From positions 677,648 to 741,647 of the forward strand of contig SMSO01000014.1 of assembly GCA_004764695.1 (NCBI GenBank): a DNA stretch of 64,000 nucleotides, given 5' to 3'. The position numbers and the translations under genes were made by a program. Below are positions 1 to 12,500 of the stretch, one piece after another (within the stretch, counting starts at the first letter, position 1; every line of letters begins with the position of its first letter). Source of the DNA: Schizochytrium sp. TIO01 (Eukaryota; Protista; Bigyra: Labyrinthulomycetes). The notes beneath the pieces are model-generated. The model made no database searches, was not told the origin of the DNA, and worked only from the letters and a program-made list of their open reading frames with translations.

Positions 1-1796
1 GTTGATTAGAATAAGTCTCGACTTAAACGACTCTAGCAAATTGTTTTCTTCTGGAACTATGGGAATTCATAGGATCTAAGGGATGGTAGATTGCTCACAT
101 ATAAGTCCATTATGATGATAGGTACTGGAAATGGTGATAAGCCGAATGAAAATGAAAGCATGTAGGGTATTTAGCAAGAGACCCTAGCCAAAAATGGTTT
201 CCATAAATGAGTGGCTTAGTGTTTTTCATAAGGGTATGTGCTGTATGTTAACCCCGATCTTGTTGGAAGCTTTTTCATCGTTCAATTCAACCTTGCCACA
301 CACGTCTCGACGGGATGGAGTTTCTCAGACGAAACTCTTGTTCTTTTTTTTCATTCATTTTCTTTTCTGAAGCGTTTGAGGTAATGGCTATTATTCTATG
401 TTTAGTTTAAGAACCAGCGAATAATTACAAAGGTCTTTTGCTTGACAAGTCCGAGATATTACAGATACTCATGGGTTTTCGGAAGAATTACAAGAAGCGC
501 GCGCGTTGATTTTTCAGATTGAAGATCTTCTTTCATATTTGTTTTTATTTTCGTATTTTACAATTTAGCCAGGGACTGAGCAATTGATTATATGTAATGA
601 TGAATACCTCGAATTCTCAAATGGGTGTCTCAATAAAGTGTGAAAGCTTCCTATCCCCTTGAGCTCATTGATTATTTCGATTGCCTTCAGCCCATATATT
701 CCCGGAAAGAAGGAAAGGGGGATTGAAGGCTGGCCACCATTTCATCGTTTATCGCATTTTTTACTCTTGAGGAGTTCCGAGAAGTACTTTGCATGTCGTT
801 TCCCTGAAGACTCAGTGAAAAAATGGTACACTGGCCCTTGACACCTGTGAACAGGCCCGGCCACGCAGAATCCTTTAAAGAAAAATTGCAAAGTTGCTAG
901 TTAGCAGTATTTGAGAGGATCCTGTCCACAATCATGGTTGGGATGATATCATTGTGCTGGTGCCACTCGTACATTCTGCAGCTTATATTTTCAGCATTAG
1001 CTACTTTTTTTTGTTTGGCCGGAACTAATGAAAATAAACCTGGAAAAAGTATTTCATTTAAAATAAAATAGAAACGAATTTTTGTTTAGTAGTTTGGACA
1101 AATAGTTAATTGTCTAACATAGATTTTTTTTTTAAGGGGGAAAAAAGAAAGAAAAAAACAACTTGACCTAACTTGTTGTGCATACCAACCAGGAGGCCAT
1201 ATGATAGACTATATTTAGATCAATCGAATCAGGAAAAAGGGAACAAAAAAAGAACTCAATTTTTGCTTGTTTTCAAGTTACGATCAGAAAATAGAAGAGA
1301 AGCATTTTTTCTTCTTCTATCCTATCTACGCGGGAATAGATTTCCAAAATAGAAAAAAGTTGATGGTAGCAGTGCTGATCTTCGTATCGATTGAGCTTAA
1401 ATTATTGGTTCATAGTTGAGTAAATTGATGGTTCCGAAATTATGTAATTCCTGGAGAAAAAAAAAATCAAAGAATAAAATCTAGTACTCAGTGGTACTCG
1501 GTATAAACAATACTTTCAACCTGATTCATGCTCATGATGTATAAATGAGCCACTGGGAAGTAAACTAATGACCTACCTTAATGAGCATATAGAAACCTCC
1601 GAAGTACCTGGGCAGCATATGTAATTAATTTGAAGTCAGACGACTCCTTTTGATCATTTGCACTGCTTAAAAAAAGAGAAACATGTAATTGCAGAGATAG
1701 GCTCTATATAAAAATAAAACATAGTTCTTTATCAAGTTTTGAGTCTTTTATTCGTGTATGGAAGCTTATCATATCCTTCTTAAAATTTATGGAGAA

Positions 1797-1816
1797 AGAG
1801 AGAGAGAGAGAGAGAG
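1797..1816. repeat. (AG)10 microsatellite
   Basis: Perfect AG dinucleotide run seen directly. Confidence 0.9.
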
Positions 1817-2019
1817 AAAGGGAAAAAGAGAACTTGCTGTGATTGTTTTCTTGGTAGTGAAGGCTTGATTGAGTAGCTTGCTTGGGATCCTGAGCACAGA
1901 GAAGAAGCTAGAAATAAAGGTAATAAAATAGAACAGCTTATTGCCAAGGACCAAAGAAAAGGAGGAAGCTATATCTTCCTTTCAGTGATTCTTTCTTTAT
2001 TTGTTAAGTTGAACATTTA

Positions 2020-2752
2020 GTCTGTTTTGTTTCTTCAAAGGAAGGCTTTTCTACTTCACACTGCCTAGAGTTGGATATTAGCTCAGCACCTGCATGGCCA
2101 AAAAAGTCTGCAAACTTTTGTGCTTTTATTGTTCATACTCGTTGAGTTATGAATAATATTACACTCTGCAGCATGACTTCTCGCTCCACAAGTTGCATTT
2201 GTATTTTCTCAAAGTGGAAATAAAGTCCACAACGGAGCTAGTTACCCAGTGAAGGTTCGGAAGTTTTGGGCCTTCACCTCACTCGCCTGTGCATGATTTG
2301 TGTGGCATGCGAGTGGAGAGAATATTCTCTGATGCCCTGATGCCCTAACTCAGGTTGCAAAGCTGATATAATGAGGCCGTCTCCTATCTTCAATGCAAAG
2401 AATCCAAGTAGAAGGAAGCCTAGAAATGCTGTTGACAGAGATATTGGAATGGTTTCATCCCTCTCTTTTCATGCGCAATGCAGTTTGCGCAACTCTGGGC
2501 AAATTGGTGAAATTCGCATAACACAACCAAGGGAGGAGTACATATGCTGGAGGCTTGGAGTCGGCACTATCAATTTCAACGAGCCCAGCATTGTGTGCCT
2601 TTCTGCAATTTAGGGGTAATTCATTAGCTCCCCACGGAAAACTCCTCGCCTATTGCGAAGGATGAACAGCAACCTCCCACATAAAGTTAATATTTGGCTT
2701 TTACATGTCCAGAGCAGACTATTACCGAGAGCTAGGCGCGAAGATCGAGTAG
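2020..2752 (+). pseudogene. Decayed actin/actin-related protein fragment (C-terminal half)
   Basis: One frame, 2315-2752, reads GENIL*CPDALTQ...EGSLEMLLTEI...QGRSTYAGGLES...SLAPHGKLLAYCEG*...YMSRADYYRELGAKI. This is colinear with actin GNERFRCPEALFQ / CGIHETTFNSI / SGGTTMYPGI / IAPPERKYSVWIGG / WISKQEYDESGPSI. Upstream in another frame, EGFSTSHCLELDI (2041) resembles EGYALPHAILRLDL. Multiple in-frame stops. Confidence 0.45.
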
Positions 2753-5373
2753 GCTAGCAAGGTGAATTGATTTCTGAATATGTTCGAATCGTTCTGATAT
2801 TAACACTCTTCCCTACACACGTCTTGAGTGGGGCAAAGAAGTGGTTGGTAGGAGCCCCTGACTTGTTTTCTCCGCAAAGCTGCTTTTTACATTTTTAAGA
2901 ATAAAATCCTGGTCTCTCTTTTTCTTAAACTTAGAAGAAGAAAAAAAAACATAAGTGAAATTAATAGCATCTAGCAGGGCAAAGATATAGCGATCCCTCC
3001 GAATTCGAGGAAGAACCTTGCTGACAACCTGGTAGCTAGTCGCTCATGTCTTCCTGAGCACAATAACCAAACGTGAGTCTACTAAGTTCCCTCACTCGTT
3101 GGTTGGTTGCCGGCTACATTCCAGTGTGCGATGGGTTTCAAGTTGAGCTACCAGAAGTTTTGGCTGTAAGCCTGCCTCCTGAGTTCGTCCGGCCTGGTTA
3201 TAGCTTCTTTTTGAAGTGCTAATAGTACCTACTAGCGGCGTTTAGTCTTCGAAAGCAATGTAGTTGGTGTAGGTTCTTGTTGACATGGAAGAAGGTTTTC
3301 TATTTTCTTTTTCGAAGGTAATGCTTTTTCCAACTTTAGAAATAAAAGTATGCTGGAACATAGGCAACCAATCTCTGCAATCCCATCTATCAAGCTGTTT
3401 GTCAATAGCTCCAGACGTACTCTTCTTCAACAACCTGGGCGCTATAGATCTGATGAGAATGGAGACTCCGACCAATTCTGGCACATGCAAAGGGCCTTCT
3501 GAAGAGCCAAGCGATACGGTCTGGCGGAAATGTCGGAGTTTCAGGCCAAACTTCTTGTCTGGAAGAGCGTGCCGCTGGCAGTTTATTAGTAAGTACAGTA
3601 GCTCTAGCTCTACTATTCTCTTGAAAGTGGAAAGTGGGCTTGAACATCATTTTCAAGTAGATAAGAGATTTTAGCGTCCTGATCTTCTCTCGTTCGAACC
3701 GTTTGTGATCCTTTGTACCGGACTCCATGCTCTCACTGCGACAAACGGTACCGACCCAATATATCCGGGCTTAAACTTCAAGATACCTGTGCCAGTGGGT
3801 CTTTTTTTCTTTGTATTTCGTGGAGAAAGAATGAAGTTGAAGCGCTGGATGATGAGCGAGGGTCCCAGACGTTTATTTCGTTTGCGTCAACAGGTCGCTC
3901 TTTTATTCACGTGTCACATGTTCACAACTTGCGAGTAATGCAAAATCATTCAACCTGCTGGAGAGAGAGACGATGATTGCATTTTTATTCTTTTTGTAAG
4001 AATAGTATTGAGACCAATATTCTGCCTCAGAGCAAGGACTGTCCGAACAAGAGCTCAGCCCTTGCGAGCATTCTGAAATTGTGTACTGTTTACCACCTAT
4101 CAAATTAAAGGAGCAGCGTCCCAGTATATGCAATAGTAGTTGTGAGATATTGGTTTTTTACTCTCAAGGTCTAGTTCTGTTCAAGTTGGTTATGGTGGCC
4201 ACTTGCTGCATGCGTCGAGTCGGTGCAAGGGTTCCAATACAGACCAGCTTTTGATATCTATATACATTCGATTCGCACTACTTTCACATTCAAGGCTTGG
4301 CGCTAAACTACATTGTCCTGCAAATCGAGAATAGAAAACTGTTTTCAGTACCTTTTCTTTTCCGTTGTTGCACGACTTTGACTGGCCCTTTTCCTGAAAG
4401 TTCCGCAAGGTTTGAATACTTCAAATCGAATGATTGCTAGAAAACAAAATACATATCAAAAGCATATGTATTATTGGTTTCAGGCTAGAAGTGTGATCTT
4501 AGATCTGCTCTCACCACGAATGAACGAGATCAAATGCAGTGTACTAAACTGTTTAAATCATCATAAGCGCCGTCCTTGATGAAAGTTATTTATTAGAAAA
4601 GTAAGTAAATATGTTTTAAATACAAATTAATATAAATTTAATAAATATGAGTTGTGTCTGGGATATCACATTGCCAAAGAATCATGGAAAGGAAGTATTA
4701 GGAGGAAGTATTAGGTAGGTACGCCTTTATTATTGTTATTTATATTTTATTTTAAAGTTAGGTTAAAAGAAGCTCATAGGTGCTTTGGATTGTCCCGTGC
4801 AAGCGTTCGTGATTCTCGCTTCTAAAATATTGACTCCAAATGCAAGGTTGCCTATCTGGTATACGTCACGTAGTCCTTGGTATGCATAGCATGCTATAAC
4901 GTAGCTGTTTCCCCCGCAACTTTGAATAGAAGAACTCAATTTTGCTTTGACTGTTTTGGAGGACAGAAAAGAAAAAGATGGACGGAAGCGGAGGGGCTTT
5001 TGTTTAAACATACGACATTAAAAAATGCAAAACAGAAGGAACTGCTTTTTTTTCTTTTTCCTTTTTTCATATATATATAGTGATTATATTAATCAAAGAC
5101 AGTGTAGATAACAAAAACAGCAACAGAGGAATGCATCCCTTGATCCCTGACATGAGGGAAAGACCGGAAAGTACTGTAAATAATATTGCTGGCAAAAATT
5201 ATAATAAAGGGATATAGCAGCATGCTTTCCATGTCCTTTGGGACGCTTGTGATTGAAGATTGAGTTGAACTACTTTGGCAACTGCAAACAAAGTCAATAT
5301 ATATATAGGAGATATTAACTTTTACCAGGCGTCAATCTTTGGCAAGTTAGTTCGATAGTCCAGTCAACCGAGG

Positions 5374-5904
5374 ATGGAGACCGGATGCATGTACTAGTAT
5401 AAAGAGTATTAAGTCGCCACGTGCCAGAAAGGAGACAGCGAGTGTCTTTTATTGAAAGAGCTTTATCCACCGGAAGATGTTAAAGTTTTTGGGGGAGAGT
5501 CAAATACGCTAACAAACAGTCAGGCGAAGTACGTTCATCGCAGAACCTAAGCTCACCAACCTTGAGTCGACCTGCCCTTAACAGTAAATCCGGAGAAGAG
5601 CACTATCAATGGGTCTTGCTGGTATAGCTCTGCAAAGTTCTTGAGAACAGCAGTGCTGAAATTTTTTGTGCGATGCGATAAACAAATCAGGACCAAGAAG
5701 TAGGTGAAAATCTTTCGGCTGGCTAGTCAGAATGCTTTCTTAGTACTGTTTTCTGATGGTTTGAACTAGAACGTAGCTAAGAAAAGCTACCACGAAAGGA
5801 AAACGAGACGTCTTGGCGTTTTCCGAATACACGATAGCTATTTTCTGATTTGAAAAAACTCATGGTGGAGTGAGAATAAGGAGCAGATCATGGTTTGCAC
5901 ATAA
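5374..5904 (+). pseudogene. Decayed PP2C (PPM) protein phosphatase fragment
   Basis: A single frame with several stops gives PP2C motifs in canonical order: ETGC (SG[C/T]TA), VATCQKGDSECLL (ANxGDSxxxL), T*AHQP (LTxDHKP), TINGS (RINGxL), RLASQNAFLVLFSDGL (xFLVLASDGL), NKEQIMV (xDNITV). Confidence 0.55.
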
Positions 5905-6142
5905 TTCAAGGCAGCTAAGCTATCTATGGCTTGACACAAATCAAGTTTTCTTCATAATGAGAAGAGCTTGTCTTTAACATAGAAGGTTTTCACGAAGACC
6001 ACTGTGGTGAAAAAGAAACGGCCAATCAGGTTATGCAAGCGTCTCCAAACGAGTACCTCCTTTCTTCCAGCTCCTAGTTATTTATGAGCCCTTTTTTAAA
6101 TTTTAAATTTTAAAATCATAATATAAAATTAAGTAAAGAAAA

Positions 6143-6534
6143 ATGTATCCAATAATAAAAGGCTTCTATTTATCGAACCGATGCTTAATTTCAGAATTGA
6201 AAAGTAGTTTGGAGGCGAAGGAGGTAGGAGACCTGAATTTTTTCGATAATTGGTTTAGTTTAGTTGATAAAGTAGACTTTGCTAAGGCATGTTATACATT
6301 TGACATGAAACAGGGTCCTGAGATCTTTCTCTCTAAGTGATCGCGTAGCGTTTTTATTCAATGGCGAATAATTGTTTTAAATTGTTTTGAAAGAGAAAAA
6401 GAAGTGAGCCAATGCAAAACCAGGAAAACCAAAGAGCACCACTGTTGAAGGGGTGAAAGGCAAAAATAGTGCCGGTAGATAATGCAGAGAAGCACCTCAC
6501 TCGATCTTTGCCACTGACCGCCTTCGACATGTAG
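6143..6534 (+). mobile_element. Degenerate Ty1/copia LTR-retrotransposon pol relic (RT and RNase H pieces)
   Basis: LKSSLEAKEVGDLNFF resembles the copia RT motif LxxxFEMKDLGxLxYFLG. VPVDNAEKHLTRSLPLTAF (about 6469-6525) resembles the copia RNase H end VxTxxNxADxLTKxLPxxxF. No LTRs seen. Confidence 0.35.
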
Positions 6535-9500
6535 ACGTCACATGCGTGTTGCCGGTGGCAAGTGTCATACTCGTGCATCAAAGGAAGCTAGAGGAATGCG
6601 TCGCACTTTTACAGAGATAGAAAAGACCGAGTAGCGCAAGGAAACGCGGCAACTTTTTCATAAAGGAAAATATTAAAAATAAAATGTCGTTTTTTCCTTG
6701 CTCAACAAGAGCTTTTAACATGTTTTAAAAGGTAGATAGATATACTTACCTCGATGAAATGTGAAGACCTCTAAAGTGGAATCTACCAGAAGTCAACGCA
6801 AGGCTGCTGCTAGCAACCTAATTAAGCTCAATAACTTCGCGCCAGCAATTTGACTTTCTTAGAAGGTTTTCTGAACTCAGTCAAAGAACTAGCGCAAAAA
6901 CTGCGCCTTGTTAAACTAAAGAAAACAGACCTACTAGCCCATTGTATATTCTGTATTATATATAAATTATAAATCAAAATGTTATTTCCCAACTAAAAAC
7001 TAAAAACTAAAAAGAATCCTGACGCAACGACAGACTTGGAGGTAGGTGCCAGGGGCTCAGATCACATCCGGAGAGGAAATAACTCGGATTGTTCATGTTT
7101 GAAATGGATTGTAAGTATTAAGATAGGTCTAGGTAGCATTGAAGCTGCAGTTTGTGAATAAATGACAAACCCTTTTCATATAGGCTTTGGAGCAGTATTC
7201 AGAGAAAATATTGAATATGCTCTTAACGTCTCAGGAGGAGAACCTATCATGACTTCGATTAAGAACCCTCAAATTCGAGACAAGACAGAAAGTTGCTGTG
7301 TTGTTCGAATTCAGATGTTTTTGAGTATGCTTTTTCTTTGAATATGTTCGACTGAAGATGGCATTCCATAGTTCTTCAGTCTTAGCTGAGCTCTTCGAGA
7401 ATCTAACTATGTAGTAGTATTTTCGAGTATGTTTCGCTCAGAACCTCGATTTCTTCTTTTTCGATAGCATCTCCCCTCAAGTACTATTGCAAGTAAAGCT
7501 TGAAATAAGTAAAAGCATTGGAGTATTGATCATGCAAGTTCTGGCACGAAATCAGACTATGTCTTTCGAAGTATAAACTTTTTGTAGGAATGTGACATTG
7601 ACGTGATAAATCAAGACTGGAAATCCTTTCCAGCCGAATACCCAAAGAGTGATATAGGAGTCTTTGATGACATAGAGAAAAAGGACGAAATGAAATTAGG
7701 CTGTTGAGATCTTCCACAAGAGTTAGTTTCCTTTTATTGAACGTATTCAATTTAAATACGTTTATATATAATTTAAATATATACTTTTTTTTTAATGTTT
7801 TAGTGGAGAATTTTAAGAAACATTAATGGAAAACATGAAAAGGGCTACTATTCTGTTTCTCAAAAGTAGATTCTATTATGTGTAAAATAGGTTACAGTCA
7901 AACGCATGAAAGGGCGGCGCCTTTTAAGAACGAAGGTTTGCGATATCAATCTCTTTGCCCTGCTCTTTAGTTTTGATAATATAATTATAAACAAACGAAT
8001 AATAAGAATATCATAGCCATGAGTCATGGCCTATAGAAGTCAATAGTGATCAACGTAATATGTAGACATTTGGTTGGAAAAGAGAAGTATTTTATTTTTA
8101 GTAACTATTCCAGCTCAATGAGCTCTTTCTCTTTCGAAAAATTTTCTTGTTTTGTGGTGGAACGAAATATCTCAAGTTTGTGGCCATCAACTCTAAAAGA
8201 GGAGCATGAGTTCATCACATCGTTCCTAAATCAGAGCCTTGCGGGAGAATGAGTGGTGCAGTATGTGGTGGTGGGATCCTTCTTGTAAGATTCACTTTCT
8301 GAATTAACTCATTTTTTTTACCCTTTTCACTTTTAACATTTCAAAGTAATATTACTAAGAAATTAAAATTAAATAGGAAAAGTATATGGATGTTTTTATC
8401 TACTAATTCAAATTTCTATTTCGAAACTCATTTAGTGAAAAAAGGGGGCTCACGCCATTTTAAAAATTGAAAATAGGTGCAGATACGTTGTTGAACCAAA
8501 ATTCTTCAAAGCAATGCTTAAATATGAGTAACAGTCGGTGCATGTCAAGCGATAGAGGTTTTGGAGATTTGAGGAAGATCTACGGACAATTGACTTGATT
8601 CTTTACTTGGTGGGGTTTGTTTTAATACAAAGGAGCGAACGATATCATTTTGAAAGTACCATAAGTATCTTTGGTTTAGGCCCTCGTTCTTCCGCTTAGC
8701 TTTGCTTAGCTTAGCTTAGCTTTGTTTTGTTTAATATCAAATTAAAAATAGCAATTGCCACCTTAGCTCATCATGATTATTCAAACACTGGTCTATGCTA
8801 GGATATTCTTTATCTTATGATTATCGATTCTTTTAGTTTCTCGCCTTTTTCTAAAACAACAAATTGAGGATAGTACTGAAGTACGTAGTACTATTGTCTT
8901 TTAGACAGAACAACGCCCATAAAATCAAACTGTGAGATGCATTGGTTGTCCAAAGGCAGGTTCAATATGCGCAGGTGAAGACTTCAGCAGATACAAGAAA
9001 ATCTGCGTGAGGATCGTTTGCAACTGCCATTTGCATAGGAAGAAATTCATTCAGGCTTTCAAACTGCGTTCTTGAGAACGAAGCTACGATGTAATTCATG
9101 ATCTCGATTAGCCCCATTTTATGTTCACACTTAGCCGAAATGTTAGACGTCTGAGCTCACGCATGCCTATGTAAGGGTTGTTCCATCCAAGTATTGCATG
9201 TACTCATGTAGAGAATGAAAAAATTGGGCGTGTACCTTGTAAATTGACACTTCGACGGATGTTGGCCTGTCTCGGGAAACTCCGTCAGAGATGTTTCCAT
9301 GACCCTCACAGCTAATTGATTGAAATATGCGGTTTCTTCCCCGCTCCAAAAATCAGATACCAATAAATGTATGTGACGGTAACCCCATCATCAAAGAATA
9401 GGATTTATTTTTGACTTTAAATTGCTGTTGATTCCACGTTGTAGCACGAATTTGATGCCTGTGAAGTTGCAAATTTCACTTTCAATTCTTGTGAAGCCCC

Positions 9501-12500
9501 ACACCTTCCACATCCGTAGTCCGAGTCAATGTTCTTCTTTTGTTGTTGGTCTCGAATAAAAACAAGAATTAAATGTAGACAAGATTTCAAGGAATCAGTT
9601 GTGTCAGAAAGACAACAACAATTCTCTTTTTAGAAATTTAGCAATGTAATAGACCTGCTCCGTTGGTGCAATATCAGGTTGGAAAAAGATTGAGAGAGAA
9701 AGCGTCTCAGGATTCCTGTCTTAAGACTTGGGAATCTACAAAGACATCAGATAGGTAGCCATAAGTCTGCCACTTCCAATTTGTATGGACCTTTTATTGA
9801 ATTGATGAGTTTTAGGTGGAGAGAAGATCGCACAAAAAGATGACCATCGATAAGTTTATTGATATTTACATTCATTGTACGCTAGGAGCCGATCACAGAA
9901 GATGTCTCTGATTGCTGACATTTCATTATATAACCTAAAGATTGCTCTTAATGATCTCTTCGGACACCTTCCACTTGTGCAGATCGCAGGGTGTACTTCA
10001 ATATGAGTATATGCTGGAATGGAAAAGGAGAAGACTGGAGAGACTAAAATTGGTAGGAGTTGCAGGCCTGGAGATGCTCATTATCAGGTGCATGCTATCC
10101 TCCCTACGATACGTGCGTACTTCCGTCCTTGTAGTAAGGGTTCACCCCAAACAACTGATTCGTGACGCCTCAATGAACTCTCAACGTGCGAAGTTGAAAC
10201 TTTTGTTGTCCATCATTCTTATTTTCCCCTAACTACTCCATATGAATAGGATCAAGCTTAACTTTGCGACTGATTGGGAATGCTACATAGGTGGGTAGCA
10301 ACGGTATATCAGCAAAAGTAGCAAAGAGGGATGTTGGCTACAGAGCTGTTTCTCTTTGCATGGCTGTAGAGCTAAAAACCATAGGTGCTTTAGGTCGTTG
10401 CGCAAATTTTACTAAAACATAGAAGAATTCCAGCCTTTTTTTTCAAAAAACTAAAAAGTTATCCATTTGGGCAGAGCTGTTAGTGATTACTATGCTATTC
10501 CTTGAACTTATCCATTATATGGTTTGACTTGAAGACTGGCCCAAGGAAAAGCATTGCTAGAAGTAACGCGTGTGTGATGAGGGAGCGGACCAATCAATCC
10601 ATGTCTTCTTGTCTTTAAGTATTATTGTGTACATTACTGGGCTTAAGTTACCTCAAAACTGTCAAATATTAGGTTGACATCTCATCCCTCACAAGAATGA
10701 ATCAAATAGATTTAGATTGATAGATTAAAACAGACTCTAGAGAGTACATCAATTGCTTTCTTTAGTCTATTTAGGGCTTGCTTTGATCTTGATTTCTTTA
10801 CTTTAATCGTGAATGACCTCCTTGCACAAGTGAAGAGGAAACCTGGTACATTTTCCACTTCAAATTCCCTGCAAACATTTTAAGAGAGGAATGCAAAAGT
10901 GAGTCGCACTTCAATGGAAGATGGTTTTGAAAATATGCAACACTTGTATTATGAAAATATTTGCATTATGATTTTCTGAAGAAATAAACATGTATAAAGT
11001 TTGTACAACATTATAAAAATAGAAACATAAAGTTAAGAAGCGAGAACGGAACATTAGGAACTCATAGAACCTTCGGAACACAGCGATATTAGAGAACACA
11101 AAAAATAATAAGTTTAAACCTTTCCCGGAGAGCTGCAGAAAATTGACTGAGGCCAGAGATGATGGTCTTATTGAGCATCATATGCTCTCCTGAGGAAAGC
11201 TTCATCAGCCTCCATCTTAAGTCTCAGCCGAGTTTTGCTTGTCTTCTTGATATGAATTTAAAGCGCCAACATGCCTGATTGAAGTTTGCGAAATGGAGTT
11301 CGAGATTTGCCATTTAAGTCCTCTTCTCGCAGTTGACATTCTGAGACCGAGCACAAGCACCTTTGGCAACTTCGAAGGCTGTCGACAGTGCCATGCAGAG
11401 GTGTCTCTACACGAGTTATCTCTCTCACCTGGCATGTGGTCCGGCTGGAGAGCACGAATTCTGAAGGCTCGTTACGAGGCGGACAATGGTGTCGAACGAT
11501 GAAGCAGACAAATATCCGGCAAAGGTGGAGTAGCGTGTGCCACGACAATTTCCGGTCGCCACGGCTTACTGTACGGAGGACAATTATTCTTATCATAGGC
11601 AGACGATTTGAAATGAAATGAGCTGCAATGCCAAGTAGGCTTACATCACTTTAGTTCCCCTCAAGGAAAGGTCCCGAAGCTCCATCTGCAGGCTGTCAGT
11701 GAATAGACTATTTTATACGCCTGGCACAAGTGATGTGGTACGCCATTGTGAGTAGAATAGCATCGTAGGAAAACAACAGAGTTTCTTTGGAGTACGGGGG
11801 GTCCAAAAATCTCGAATGCCGAGCTTTCCTCAGCGCGGAGTACGTCCGCAATGTCCCTTTCGAGTTAGTTCCTAAGTGAGTTTCCCTAAATCAACCACCA
11901 CGGCCCTCACATTGACCTTCAATTGATGTGTACAACTATACGATTTGCACCTCACCTCTTCGTCTATCCTTCATGGCATTCTAAACTCATTCACACTTGT
12001 GCTTTGATTCTCACGCGTGGGTCTCCTTGATTTTGGCGACCTGGCCTTTCGGAATGCAAATCTCGCGTGTAACGCACCTTTAGTTCCGCCCCACCGCTAT
12101 TGATCGTTTTAGAGCAGGCAGCCCATCTCGATGTGTTCAACCTGCCGAACAAGGGTCGTTCGTCACACATTGTTTCTATTTGATGTCCGCGCGGCGGGCT
12201 GTCCCCTGGATCGACCGATGTGTTATCAGTTGAGGGAATCCTTTGCTTCGCGATCGAGACGGAATCATCGCCTTCTAGTGCCAGGATTGCTTCTTCTGTT
12301 CCTCGTCTTTTTCTTTTCATAGAATTAGTATATACAAAATGTTCTACTATTTTTTCAATTTATTTTTAGTATTTTGGGGGTTAAACAGGAAAACATTTTA
12401 CAGGGTGTGCGCAATTTAAAACTAAAATAAACATTTTTTACAATGTGTGAGAATTTCGAATAGAGACTTGAATATTCGACATGAAGCCTAATGATATTCA

